Positions 1 to 9,984 of a stretch of DNA of 64,000 nucleotides are shown in pieces. The stretch spans positions 192,001-256,000 of the forward strand of contig OZ247587.1 in NCBI GenBank assembly GCA_965233865.1, read 5' to 3'. Below the pieces are notes generated by a model. That model did not search any database. It was not told the DNA's origin and saw nothing but the letters and a program-made list of their open reading frames with translations. The translations under genes were made by a program, and so were the position numbers. The DNA is from Candidatus Neptunichlamydia sp. Its GTDB lineage: Bacteria; Chlamydiota; Chlamydiia; Chlamydiales; Simkaniaceae. Numbering within the stretch: the first letter of the stretch is position 1; every line of letters begins with the position of its first letter.

Positions 1-235
1 CTTCGTTTTTTAGGGAGGAAATCAAGTCAAAAGCTTGGGAAATATTCTCTTCATACACAGAAGCTTCTTCTTTTTGAACATCTACCGATTCTGCAATAGA
101 GCGAAAGGCAAGAAACAGCACCATGTCTTGAGGAATGTCTTTCATAGAAGATTTAAACAGAGCAAACTCCTCCAGGAATTCCCTGTCTTGTAGGAGCTCT
201 TCTAGGAACACGTCTTCTGCTTTTTCAATTACCAT
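1..235 (-). CDS. Hypothetical protein, 5' part only (runs off window start)
   Basis: Minus-strand ATG at 235 with GGAG upstream; open frame MVIEKAEDVFLEELLQDREFLEEF... to the window edge. Confidence 0.55.
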   Translation of the reverse strand, partial: MVIEKAEDVFLEELLQDREFLEEFALFKSSMKDIPQDMVLFLAFRSIAESVDVQKEEASVYEENISQAFDLISSLKNE

Positions 236-398
236 AAATTATCTCCGATAATATAGCGTAGTTATAGGTCATTTGTTTTCTATTTGCTTCATAAAGAACA
301 TCTTAAACAATCTCATCAAAAAATGCACGAATTTGGATGAATGGAATAAATTTGAAAAGACACCCTAGTGATTATCGGAAATTAAAGGCCTGAAATCG

Positions 399-497
399 TC
401 CAACACGTCCAACTATCCAACTTTCAAGGACTAAAAAAACTAAGTGTTCTAAAAAGAGTGTTTTATGATTTAAAAAGGTTGAATATTGATATCCAAC
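399..497. repeat. Cluster of short TCCAAC direct repeats (possible origin iterons)
   Basis: TCCAAC at 399, 408, 416 and 492, plus an imperfect inverted copy GTTGAA at 478, just downstream of the DUF3987 gene. Confidence 0.35.
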
Positions 498-520
498 TTA
501 ATCTAACCTTCAGTTTATAT

Positions 521-1906
521 TTAATATTTTTTTGAAGTAATCCACATTTTGTTTTTTTGTCTTACCCTTCCATCGTTCTCTAGTTTTTTGAGGTAAGACA
601 GTATATTTTTTGTTTTTCGAACAATGCTTCTTGGGCACCTTTGAACCACTTCCTTTACATAGACGCCTCTTTTCTTTTCAGTCATCAACTTTTCTAGAAC
701 ACAGAACACTTTTTCACTATTTTTTATACATTTTTCCTCGAGACTATCCAAAGAAAGGATAGCAGCTTGAGAAAGATACCACTCAGATAAAGCAATTCCT
801 CTTTCCATATAATCTATTGGGATTTCGATATTCCTACAGCCTCTCCGAACAGGGTCTTCTCCAAAAAGAAACAGAACACCCGCAATTCTTATGGCCTGTT
901 CAGCGCTTTTGTTGGCAAACGGTGCTATCGCGTTATATTCTCCACCAACTCCAATCTTAAATTCCAATTTCTGCTGATACTCTAGTTTTGCTTTGCGCGA
1001 CTCTTTTGAGAGTTTAATATATTCGTATTCAATAGGGTTTTTCAGTAAATGCCTAACACGATCATGGAAAGCTACAGATGATTCAACGTGCTCAGAATCT
1101 TCTTCATAAGTTCGCGAGCCAGCTTTTGACTGTGGTTTTGCTATTAAAAAACGCGCTAAGAATCCTTGCTCCTGAAACAGAAGATTATCCCATACACTAT
1201 CAAATATATAGGGCTGCATCATAATCGAGGCAGAGAGACGCTTGTCGTATAAAGTAGGGCTGATTTCATCACTAGCCCTTGTTCTTTCAATAGGTTTCCC
1301 ATCCCAGAAATTTGAGAAGTGACCAACACCAGAAAAAGAACGACTCGTTGATAATGAATAGCCTCCAAAAATTTTAGCTCCTTCGTCAGTACACAATCCA
1401 AGAGAATTTTTTCCTTTTTGAAACTGAAAGAAAAGACCTTCAGAAGTAGGATCACTCACAATAATTTTAGGGCTTTTGGGTCGTTTGGGTTTGTTTTCTG
1501 CAAAGTATGCGGCATCCACTAAATCAGCATGACTGCTCTTTCTTTTCCAGATTTTATAAGCGACTTCGTAACAATCAATGTTTCTTTGATATTCTTGAAA
1601 ATCAGACTGTTCTATTTCTCTAACAGCTTTGAAAATTTCATTATCTGCAGAAGTTTTACGCTCTCCACTTTCTGCTACTACCATTGTGTAAAGGCTAAGA
1701 GGAATCATTTGCCTTCCCTCAGAAACATTCCCCATTCCCTGAACAATCATCGCCGCTAGAGAAAGGACGCCGGACCCTACAATAGTCTCGTCAACCTGCA
1801 TTCCACTTGAAAGATCCTTAATAAAATTAATTGCTGGATCAGGAAAAACATCGACAGGAAAAGAGTTTTCTTTTTGAATTTCGATATCAACCAATACGCT
1901 GCTCAT
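521..1906 (-). CDS. DUF3987/YfjI family protein (phage/ICE replication-associated P-loop protein)
   Basis: AESGERKTS P-loop-like motif, SDPTSEGL, DEG, FWDG, QP and GFLARFL motifs typical of YfjI/DUF3987. Confidence 0.8.
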   Translation of the reverse strand: MSSVLVDIEIQKENSFPVDVFPDPAINFIKDLSSGMQVDETIVGSGVLSLAAMIVQGMGNVSEGRQMIPLSLYTMVVAESGERKTSADNEIFKAVREIEQSDFQEYQRNIDCYEVAYKIWKRKSSHADLVDAAYFAENKPKRPKSPKIIVSDPTSEGLFFQFQKGKNSLGLCTDEGAKIFGGYSLSTSRSFSGVGHFSNFWDGKPIERTRASDEISPTLYDKRLSASIMMQPYIFDSVWDNLLFQEQGFLARFLIAKPQSKAGSRTYEEDSEHVESSVAFHDRVRHLLKNPIEYEYIKLSKESRKAKLEYQQKLEFKIGVGGEYNAIAPFANKSAEQAIRIAGVLFLFGEDPVRRGCRNIEIPIDYMERGIALSEWYLSQAAILSLDSLEEKCIKNSEKVFCVLEKLMTEKKRGVYVKEVVQRCPRSIVRKTKNILSYLKKLENDGRVRQKNKMWITSKKY

Positions 1907-2146
1907 AAGACCTGCTTCCTTTTTAAGTCATTCATACTCTGATACAGCAAAGCCCCATAAACTTCAAATTTCAATAGTGACATCTGCTTTGACAGTTTTC
2001 ATTTTGATAAATACGATTAACTGCTCTTGATACACGCTTAACATGTTTATAGTTAATGTCATTGAACAACGTTTTTATTCCACGATTTCGTGTAAAGTGT
2101 GGTATAATAGAGTTTTCAAAAGGCCAAAAAATGTGAGGAAAATGTT

Positions 2147-2533
2147 ATGGAAATAGAAAAAATACAACGCTGTAAATGTTCGCTTCAAGGAGATCTTATT
2201 AATAAGGAAACTACAATAACGCGCGATGTTGGAGGCGAAGATATTGCGTTTGAGATGGAGCTAGAATATTGCGGGGATTGCAGCGGATTAATCTTCACAG
2301 AGTACTTCGAAAAACAAATCAATGCCAAAGCCTATGAGTGCTATTATAAAAAACATAGCCTGCTCACGCCCAGGCAAATCAAGGGCATCAGAGAAGACCT
2401 CGGGCTTTCCTGCAGAAAATTTGGAGTGTTGTTAGGTGTTTCTTATCATCATATGCACGGCAGAGAGCATAGCAAAAAACTCTACGATAAAGAGTTTGTC
2501 GACAAGGTCAAAAGTGTCGTGAGGAATTGGTGA
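2147..2533 (+). CDS. MqsA-like zinc-ribbon + XRE HTH protein (orphan antitoxin-like)
   Basis: CxC...CxxC N-terminus and LLTPRQIKGIREDLGLS..FG.LLG HTH; extended -10 TGGTATAAT at 2100-2108. Confidence 0.6.
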   Translation: MEIEKIQRCKCSLQGDLINKETTITRDVGGEDIAFEMELEYCGDCSGLIFTEYFEKQINAKAYECYYKKHSLLTPRQIKGIREDLGLSCRKFGVLLGVSYHHMHGREHSKKLYDKEFVDKVKSVVRNW

Positions 2534-2744
2534 ACATGAGAAGACAAGAAAAAGAAAAACCTAGCCCGCGTTTTAAGGCTATTTGGAAGGCGTTGTTTGG
2601 TGTCTTAGGAAGTTCTCAGACAAGTCAAGATAAGGCGACATAAACCATTACAACGCTATTTTTTAATGAGAATAAAACCGCATTATTGAAAGCAGCATGG
2701 AAAAGTGCTAATCTTCAAAAAATCTTAAAAATCGAGCAACCAAC

Positions 2745-3611
2745 ATGAGCAAAAATAAATCAAAAGACAAAGCCCCGGTCTCACAAGAAACAAAAATCGT
2801 GCTTTTCCAAGGCAGCGGAATCAGAAGAATTTACCACAATGGAGAGTGGTATTTTTCAATTATTGACGTTGTCGAACTATTAACAGGAACCTCCAGACCA
2901 AGAAAATATTGGTCAGACTTAAAAATAAAGCTATCTGAAAATGAAGGATTTAGCGAGTTGTCCGAAAAAATCGGACATCTGAAATTAAAGGCTACCGACG
3001 GTAAAAAATACCTCACTGATGTCGCTAATACAGAAACCCTTTTTCGCATTATTCAGTCGATTCCTTCCCCTAAAGCTGAACCGCTTAAAAGATGGCTTGC
3101 TCAAGTAGGTTACAAAAGACTTCAAGAAATAGAAGACCCAGAGTTAGCGGTAAAAAGAGCGAGAGCTACCTATGAAAAAAAGGGATACGAACCTGCATGG
3201 ATCGAAAAAAGAATGAGGGGGATACAAATACGCGAAGAGCTTACTAATGAATTGAAAGCAAGAGGGATCGAGCATCAAAAAGACTACGCAATTCTCACAG
3301 CTGAAATCTCCAAAGCGACATTTGGAGTAATGCCCTCAAAACACAAAAAGCTAAAGAATCTCAAAAAAGAAAATCTCCGTGATCACATGACCGATCTTGA
3401 ATTGATCTTTGGAATGCTTGGAGAGGCATCAACTAAAGAGATTGTAAAACAAAAAGATACGCAAGGATTTTTGGAAAATAAAGAAGCGGCAAAAGAGGGA
3501 GGTGAAATTGCAGGAAACGCTCGAAAAGAGCTAGAAAAAAAATCCGGTCAAAAGGTAGTGACTTCAATTAGCCCAGTGAACGATGACCTACAACTAACAG
3601 ATAAAAGTTAG
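2745..3611 (+). CDS. Bro-N domain protein (phage antirepressor-like)
   Basis: IRR...EWYFSIIDVV..LT...PRKYWSDLK, LFRIIQSIPSPKAEP.KRWLA and ENLRDHMTDLEL motifs. Confidence 0.8.
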   Translation: MSKNKSKDKAPVSQETKIVLFQGSGIRRIYHNGEWYFSIIDVVELLTGTSRPRKYWSDLKIKLSENEGFSELSEKIGHLKLKATDGKKYLTDVANTETLFRIIQSIPSPKAEPLKRWLAQVGYKRLQEIEDPELAVKRARATYEKKGYEPAWIEKRMRGIQIREELTNELKARGIEHQKDYAILTAEISKATFGVMPSKHKKLKNLKKENLRDHMTDLELIFGMLGEASTKEIVKQKDTQGFLENKEAAKEGGEIAGNARKELEKKSGQKVVTSISPVNDDLQLTDKS

Positions 3612-3948
3612 TCTCTAAGGGAGATCTCATGGATGAGAAGCGGAACATGGTGTTTCCGCCGAGGCACAATAATCAATATACCGTTGATAATGAGGGTGAT
3701 GAAAGTGGAGCCATGCGAATTCACACCAAAGCAAAAGAGAAGCCCTGTCAAAAAGCTGCTCAGTCTATTGGAATAGGCGATAAAACCTACTCAAGAATCA
3801 AATACCTCAAAGCTAATGATAATATCTATTCGTAACGTAAACTTATTTATTTAAAGTAGACGCAGAATGAACGGCTTTGAAGTGCGTTAGAAAAGATGAA
3901 ATCAACTTAGATGGCGAGGAATGAGAAATAGCCTACTGCTGGGTTGTT

Positions 3949-4731
3949 CTAACGGAAGGGAACCGTTTTCTCAGTGTCTTTCTGTAAGCTTTGCGCTACT
4001 TTTAATCCTAAGGGACTTAGTCTTACGCTATCTCTGTCTTTGTCAAAAACGAATAATTGTTTAGCGAACCGTGCTGATAAGAGAGATCTTAAGTGATGCA
4101 TCTTAACGGTATACCCATTTTTTTCACACGATTTCCCAAGCTTCTTTATCGAAACAGGCACATTGTCTTTTAAATAGCCTTCTTCTTTGAAGATAATTAG
4201 AACCTCTCTTAGCCTTCCTTGAGGTTCTTCTGGGTCGACAGAGTTTAGCGTGGCTGCGAGCCCCTGTACTTGCTGTATTCCTTTGTCAGTTAAACTAACG
4301 AGTGTTTTACCATTCTCATCACCAGACAGTTGAAATAAGTTTTGGGTGTTTTTTGATTCTAGCGCACTTTTTAAATGGTAAGATTGAACCTTTGAGGTTT
4401 TATTTCCACTCGGCGCGCTTGATCTATAGCCTTCTCTGTTACAAAGCTTTGTGAGATCCGATAAGAGAATGTTGCTATTGCCAATCAGTTGGTTTGCGTA
4501 CATGTACAGCTTCACAAACGCCATTCTTTTTTCTGGAGGTTTTCCAGACGGAATTTGCGCATGAATAAAGACCTTCTCTCCCTCTTGTGTGAATATATTC
4601 GCATAGTCAGAAATAGCACCTTGAGCAACATCTGTAGTTATATTTCTCCTTCCAACTGTTGCTTTTACGTTTGTGCAACTCAAAGAAAATAAACTTGTTG
4701 TGCTTATTGCACTAATACCTAATCTCATCAT
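3949..4731 (-). CDS. Double winged-helix/LOTUS-like protein, paralog 1 (candidate effector)
   Basis: Two internal repeats ending VSLTDKG and VRLSPLG; GAGG RBS; Ser/Thr-rich, acid-free N-terminus. Confidence 0.65.
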   Translation of the reverse strand: MMRLGISAISTTSLFSLSCTNVKATVGRRNITTDVAQGAISDYANIFTQEGEKVFIHAQIPSGKPPEKRMAFVKLYMYANQLIGNSNILLSDLTKLCNREGYRSSAPSGNKTSKVQSYHLKSALESKNTQNLFQLSGDENGKTLVSLTDKGIQQVQGLAATLNSVDPEEPQGRLREVLIIFKEEGYLKDNVPVSIKKLGKSCEKNGYTVKMHHLRSLLSARFAKQLFVFDKDRDSVRLSPLGLKVAQSLQKDTEKTVPFR

Positions 4732-5699
4732 AGTCTTTTCCTCGTTAAAAAATAATTGATGTTTCTAGTTTTTTTCTATTAAGGGCTTAATGCTCTAAAC
4801 CTCTTTCTGTAAGCTTTGCGCCACTTCTAAACCTACGGGACTTAGTCTTACGCTATCTCTGTCTTTGTCAAAAACGAATAATTGTTTAGCGAACCGTGCT
4901 GATAAGAGAGATCTTAAGTGATGCATCTTAACGGTATACCCATTTTTTTCACACGATTTCCCAAGCTTCTTTATCGAAACAGGCACATTGTCTTTTAAAT
5001 AGCCTTCTTCTTTGAAGATAATCAGAACCTCTCTTAGCCTTCCTTGAGGTTCTTCTGGGTCGACAGAGTTTAGCGTGGCTGCGAGCCCCTGTACTTGCTG
5101 TATTCCTTTGTCAGTTAAACTAACGAGTGTTTTACCATTCTCATCACCAGACAGTTGAAATAAGTTTTGGGTGTTTTTTGATTCTAGCGCACTTTTTAAA
5201 TGGTAAGATTGAACCTTTGAGGTTTTATTTCCACTCGGCGCGCTTGATCTATAGCCTTCTCTGTTACAAAGCTTTGTGAGATCCGATAAGAGAATGTTGC
5301 TATTGCCAATCAGTTGGTTTGCGTACATGTACAGCTTCACAAACGCCATTCTTTTTTCTGGAGGTTTTCCAGACGGAATTTGCGCATGAATAAAGACCTT
5401 CTCTCCCTCTTGTGTGAATATATTCGCATAGTCAGAAATAGCACCTTGAGCAACATCTGTAGTTATATTTCTCCTTCCAACTGTTGCTTTTACGTTTGTG
5501 CAACTCAAAGAAAATAAACTTGTTGTGCTTATTGCACTAATACCTAATCTCATCATAGTCTTTTCCTCGTTAAAAAATAATTGATGTTTCTAGTTTTTTT
5601 CTATTAAGGGCTTAATGCTCTAAACCTCTTTCTGTAAGCTTTGCGCCACTTCTAAACCTACGGGACTTAGTCTTACGCTATCTCTGTCTTTGTCAAAAA
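3977..5699. repeat. 825-bp-period near-perfect tandem duplication
   Basis: TCTTTCTGTAAGCTTTGCGC recurs at 3977, 4802 and 5627; intergenic 4732-4794 is identical to 5557-5619. Confidence 0.95.
4795..5556 (-). CDS. Double winged-helix/LOTUS-like protein, paralog 2 (chimera of paralogs 1 and 3)
   Basis: Protein identical to paralog 1 except the C-terminus SPVGLEVAQSLQKEV, which matches paralog 3. Confidence 0.65.
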   Translation of the reverse strand: MMRLGISAISTTSLFSLSCTNVKATVGRRNITTDVAQGAISDYANIFTQEGEKVFIHAQIPSGKPPEKRMAFVKLYMYANQLIGNSNILLSDLTKLCNREGYRSSAPSGNKTSKVQSYHLKSALESKNTQNLFQLSGDENGKTLVSLTDKGIQQVQGLAATLNSVDPEEPQGRLREVLIIFKEEGYLKDNVPVSIKKLGKSCEKNGYTVKMHHLRSLLSARFAKQLFVFDKDRDSVRLSPVGLEVAQSLQKEV

Positions 5700-6417
5700 T
5701 GAAGAGTTGTTTAGCAAAATGCGCTGATAAGAGAGATCTTAAGTTACCTGCCTGGACACTATATCCATTTTCGGCACATGCCTTTACAAGATCTCTTATC
5801 GAAACAGGCATATTGTTTTTTAAATAACCTCCTTCTTTGAAGATAATGAGTACCTCTTTTAATCTTCCTTTAGGCTCTCCTGTATCGATAGAGTTTAGCG
5901 TGGCTGCGAGCCCCTGTACTTGTTGTATTCCTTTATCGGTTAAACTGACGAGTATTTTACCATCCTCATCACCAGATAGTTGAAATAAATTTTTGTTGCT
6001 CTTTGATATAAATGAACTCTTAAAATTACCAGATTGAATTTTTGAGGTTTTACTCCCCTGTGGGGTGGTTGATCTATAACCCTCTTTATTGCATATCTTT
6101 GTAAGATCTGATAAGAGAATACATCTATTACCAATCAAGTGGTTCGCGTACATGTACAGCTTCACAAACGCCATTCTTTTTTCTGGAGGTTTTCCAGATG
6201 GAACAGCCGAGTGAATAAAGACTTTGTCTCCCTCTTGTGTGAATATATTCGCATAGTCAGAAATAGCACCCTGGGCAGATGCATTCAATCTACTCTCTAT
6301 AGATGTAGAAATGGATCTCTTACCTTCAGTTGCTGAATTATGTGCTGCTCTTGAACTAGCAAATGTCGACTGCAAAGAATGCATAGAACTCATGGTACTT
6401 AATCCTAGTCTCATCAT
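5620..6417 (-). CDS. Double winged-helix/LOTUS-like protein, paralog 3 (diverged)
   Basis: Clear paralog sharing AQGAISDYANIFTQEG and PSGKPPEKRMAFVKLYMYAN; GGAG RBS. Confidence 0.65.
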   Translation of the reverse strand: MMRLGLSTMSSMHSLQSTFASSRAAHNSATEGKRSISTSIESRLNASAQGAISDYANIFTQEGDKVFIHSAVPSGKPPEKRMAFVKLYMYANHLIGNRCILLSDLTKICNKEGYRSTTPQGSKTSKIQSGNFKSSFISKSNKNLFQLSGDEDGKILVSLTDKGIQQVQGLAATLNSIDTGEPKGRLKEVLIIFKEGGYLKNNMPVSIRDLVKACAENGYSVQAGNLRSLLSAHFAKQLFIFDKDRDSVRLSPVGLEVAQSLQKEV

Positions 6418-6937
6418 TGTTTTACTCTCCTACTTTGATCTTCAGGTTCAAAAATATAAAAGAAAATCTATGCTACTCCGATCAAGCATTTTCCGTCTAC
6501 TAATTTATTTAAAGTGGGCTCAGAAGGAAAAGCTTTGGGGTGCGTTAGAAGAAGGGACGGGAAAGGACGGGGAGCATTGTAGAGAATTCAGCACAAGGTG
6601 TTTTAAGGCGCTTTGCGGGGATTTTTTGTTTTTCAGGAGATAATTTCTATGTTGAAGGTTGAGAGAGCGCAGTACAGGGCGCTATATGCAGTTAGAGAGG
6701 TGTTGTGGTGCGGGAATATACTCAGTCAGCGAAACACACACCCAGGGGGAGGGCATCGGTAAGGTAGTCTCTCATTATTTCTGCTGATGACAAGAAGTTT
6801 TCCTACTTTTAACTCCTTCTCAAGCAAAGAGCCCGCCCCAAAAGGGCATAGGGCGATGGTGTAATATATACTTAACGTATACTTATACGCTCCAAAGTGA
6901 AACACCTAACATGCTTATAATAAACAGAAAGTAAATT

Positions 6938-6999
6938 GAGTTGGGTCACTCTTGTAGGGGGGAGTTGGGTCACTCTTACCCTTAGAGTTGGGTCACTCT
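6938..6999. repeat. Three iteron-like 15-bp repeats GAGTTGGGTCACTCT
   Basis: Copies at 6938, 6962 and 6985 (24/23-bp spacing), each partly palindromic (GAGT..ACTC), next to an AT-rich tract. Confidence 0.75.
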
Positions 7000-7434
7000 A
7001 TGATTTTTTTTTTGAATTTTTAGATTTTTTAGCCTGTTTTGACCTTTTGTTTTTTAACTTCCCCTGATCTATAAGGTGCTTCTCTACCTTTTTATTTTTG
7101 TCATTGAAAGCGTAGTCATCCCCTTGCCTTTCTAAAAAACCCCTATCTGGACAGCAAAAAAGCTCCAAAACTTCTGGTAACCTATTCATAAAACCTGTTG
7201 GTATTTTAGCTTCTTTAGCAAGCGCTATCCATTTTTTTCCGGGAATATAAATAGAGCCATTATCAGCAAATTCTCTAGATTTCTCTGTTATATACTCCAT
7301 CGTAAGCATATGAAAAAATGCCTGAGATCCCCAACTAGCTCTATATCCAACCATCTCTTTTGGAAGCTCAACAAACGGAATTAAAAGCCTCCCTCCCTTT
7401 GATGAATTTACTTTATAAACCGAAGCAGGATCTA
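6998..7434 (-). pseudogene. 3' fragment of a putative plasmid replication protein, truncated by IS5
   Basis: Open frame DPASVYKVN...KKSKNSKKKS abutting the IS5 left end; stop codon overlaps the iterons; Rep role inferred from position only. Confidence 0.5.
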
Positions 7435-8276
7435 GGTTGTGTTGAGAAATTTCCATAAATGGTGCAAGCTGACTTCCTGAAGAAGGAGATCTATATGCTA
7501 TACCCGCATAAAATAAATGACCACGCCTGGTCGAAACTTTACGAATATCTGAGTAATTACCCCAAAATACACACAAATAACAAAGAGAAAACTCGTTGCT
7601 TTGTAGAGGCTGTATTTTGGATTGCCAAGAGCGGAGCACAATGGCGTTTGCTACCAAAGGAATATGGAGACTGGAATGCCGTCTATCATCGTTTTGCAGA
7701 CTGGGCTGAACATGGTGTGTGGTACAAGATGCTCTACTATTTTTCAAATGATCCAGACATGGAATATATTATGATCGACAGTACAGTCCTCCGCGCTCAT
7801 GCCTGTGCCGCAGGAGCCAATAAAAAAAACCGGAGGTCAAGACGAGCAGGCCTTAGGTCGGTCCTGCGGAGGTTTTACGACTAAAATCCATAGTATCTGT
7901 GATGCATTAGGTAATCCACTTGATTTTATTTTAACAGGTGGTCAAGCAGCTGATTGTCATCAAGCTATTCCTTTGCTCAAAGGTAGAGATTACAAAAGAT
8001 TATTGGCTGACAAAGGCTACGACAGCAATGCAATCATTGATCATGTAAAGAGCATCGGAGCTGTTGCCATCATTCCCTCAAAGAAAAATCGCATTGATCA
8101 TCGAGAGCATGATAAAGACATATATAAAGAACGACACAAAATCGAATGTTTATTTGGCTTCCTCAAACATTATAGACGATTGTTTTCTCGGTTCGAGAAG
8201 TTAGCATCAAGGTTCAAGGCATTCCTTCATTTTATCGCGGCTCTCCAATGGTTAAAGTAAATTTCTCAACACAACC
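7435..8276 (+). mobile_element. IS5-family element (IS427-like), copy 1, 842 bp
   Basis: Terminal IRs GGTTGTGTTGAGAAATTT with TA on both sides; orfA 7459-7884 (W..KSGAQWR.LP..YG.W) and orfB to 8260 (ADKGYDS, ERHKIE) overlap at an A8 run. Confidence 0.92.
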
Positions 8277-9105
8277 TAAGACAGATTTAAATATCTCTAG
8301 AATGGGTAGTAGAGAAAATACTCAATCTTCAGGTTCAAGTTATCTTGACCAACTATGTAGTAAAGCCGAGGAATATAGATCAGTGCATAAACGTACTTAC
8401 TTTGACAATCATATGGTTAGAGAAGGGTCTTGTGAAAATGCTCTTGATGCAATTAGCAGATTATTTAAAACATCACATGTTGTAGTTTTAGGAGAAGGAT
8501 CGCATGATGAACTTGCTCTTGATGCAATTTTAAGAGCTAAAGAAGGATTTCCGTCTTTTTTGAAAAATCAAGGTGTAAAAACTGTGATAGTTGAGCACGT
8601 GTATCCTATACATATTGAGAAATTAACTTCTCTAGAACAATCAGAATTAATGGATCATTTGGAACAGTCGTTTGGTTGTAACAAGAATAAAGCGATTAAT
8701 TTTTTGCACTTTTTGACAGGATGTTATGAAAAGGGGATTAAAATAGTGCCTGCAGATACTCGTGAAATACACAAGCCTTCAGGAATTAATATAACGAGGT
8801 ACAATGCAACACATAGAATAGAAAACTTGAACCATAATATTTTGACCCTTTATAAGGAAGAAAAGACTAGAAATTCAGGAAAATTTCTTATTATCGTGGG
8901 TGCTGCGCATACAAATAGCTTGAATGCAGAAGCATCAAGGCAATCAATAGATAAGGAAACTAGGAATACAGATCCAACTCCTGGTATAACAGACGTTCTT
9001 GATAAAGCGCAGGAAATCATTGTAAAAAAATATATTCCAGATGAAGAAGGGCCGCAAGAAGCTAGCATTAAAGATGGGTGTGTCTTTAGGTTGAAAATTC
9101 AATAA
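8248..9105 (+). CDS. RRSP/PMT-C2-like (TIKI/EreA/ChaN fold) peptidase-like protein A; 5' end cut by IS5
   Basis: LGEGSH, LKNQGVKTVIVEH, GIKIVPAD, KFLIIVGAAH and PGITDVL motifs; the first 10 codons lie inside the IS; next ATG at 8302. Confidence 0.7.
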   Translation: MVKVNFSTQPKTDLNISRMGSRENTQSSGSSYLDQLCSKAEEYRSVHKRTYFDNHMVREGSCENALDAISRLFKTSHVVVLGEGSHDELALDAILRAKEGFPSFLKNQGVKTVIVEHVYPIHIEKLTSLEQSELMDHLEQSFGCNKNKAINFLHFLTGCYEKGIKIVPADTREIHKPSGINITRYNATHRIENLNHNILTLYKEEKTRNSGKFLIIVGAAHTNSLNAEASRQSIDKETRNTDPTPGITDVLDKAQEIIVKKYIPDEEGPQEASIKDGCVFRLKIQ

Positions 9106-9255
9106 ATTTTCCTAAAGGAAACTAGAGTAGTTAATGATTTTTCCTGAGAATTATTATGTTGTTGATGTTTATCTTTCACAAGATCTAAAATTGTTGGCAA
9201 AATTTAAAAGAGATATCTGCATTCGCTTAAAAAATTTTCAAAGTAAGGGTTAATT

Positions 9256-9732
9256 ATGACAGTTTCAGTCAATATTTCAATAGCTCCTGAGGCGCATTCA
9301 AATGCAAAAAAAACTGTTACTTGGGGAGATGAGAGAGTTGCTTATTTTTTGCCAATTTCTGATTTTCCAGAATCATGTCCAGATCAATTAAAGGAAGTTG
9401 TTAAAACTGTAATCAGTGGTCGCAGATTTTTGATCAATGCTTTGGAATCAGAAAAAATCGATAAAAAATCAATTGATACTCCTAATAGAACTCAATCAGT
9501 TCGTTGTTTGCACAATGCCATTCAATGGATCAAAAAGGAAGGTATAAAGGACTCTTATGTAAAAAATGTTTCCCAGATCGCTCATATTCTGCTGGCTAGA
9601 GCATATTGTCGATTTTCTCCTTCATTTTTTGTTAAACAAGTAGAACTTATCCGCCAAGATCCGGATCTTAAACATAGATATGACAATTGGATAGATTTAT
9701 TAAAATATCCGATTGATTTTCATTCGGTATAA
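9256..9732 (+). CDS. Small helical protein with RVxW PP1-docking motif (KKTVTW), paralog A
   Basis: Paralog of 12259..12717; motif at codons 18-23. Confidence 0.7.
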   Translation: MTVSVNISIAPEAHSNAKKTVTWGDERVAYFLPISDFPESCPDQLKEVVKTVISGRRFLINALESEKIDKKSIDTPNRTQSVRCLHNAIQWIKKEGIKDSYVKNVSQIAHILLARAYCRFSPSFFVKQVELIRQDPDLKHRYDNWIDLLKYPIDFHSV

Positions 9733-9760
9733 GATAAAAAACAAGGCTTTGCCTCACAGT

Positions 9761-9805
9761 GAGTTGGGACGCATTAACAAAACCATTTATCTTTTAAACT
9801 ACATT
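9761..9805 (+). mobile_element. Tn3-family transposase scrap
   Basis: Encodes ELGRINKTIYLLNYI, matching GRINKTLYLLNYI in the Tn3 remnant at ~26.5 kb. Confidence 0.55.
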
Positions 9806-9831
9806 GGGGGGGTCTGGTGCAAACTTCTTGC

Positions 9832-9916
9832 GGTAATGTTGCAAAGATCTTCATCTCCGAATAGAAGCTTCCTCTTTTCTGGATTTTCCTATGTTAGGCG
9901 GCTAAGCCTCTGATCT
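9832..9916 (-). mobile_element. IS6 right-end remnant
   Basis: Near-identical to the end of the full IS6 starting at 34286 (GGTA.TGTTGCAAAGATCTTCATCTCCG...). Confidence 0.85.
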
Positions 9917-9984
9917 AAGCATCGATATCCAATTACAAGAAGAGCCCAAAGGTCACTTATTTCTGGATAGCCTTTGATTAAACA

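Noticed and set aside
6938..6999. Repeat-spacer-like pattern as a CRISPR array
   Set aside because: Repeats are 15 bp with 8-9-nt spacers, there are only three copies, and no cas genes are present; iterons fit better
6998..7747. 249-aa ORF as one protein
   Set aside because: The first ~105 aa are IS5 antisense sequence (also seen at 20340 and 37175); only 6998-7434 is native
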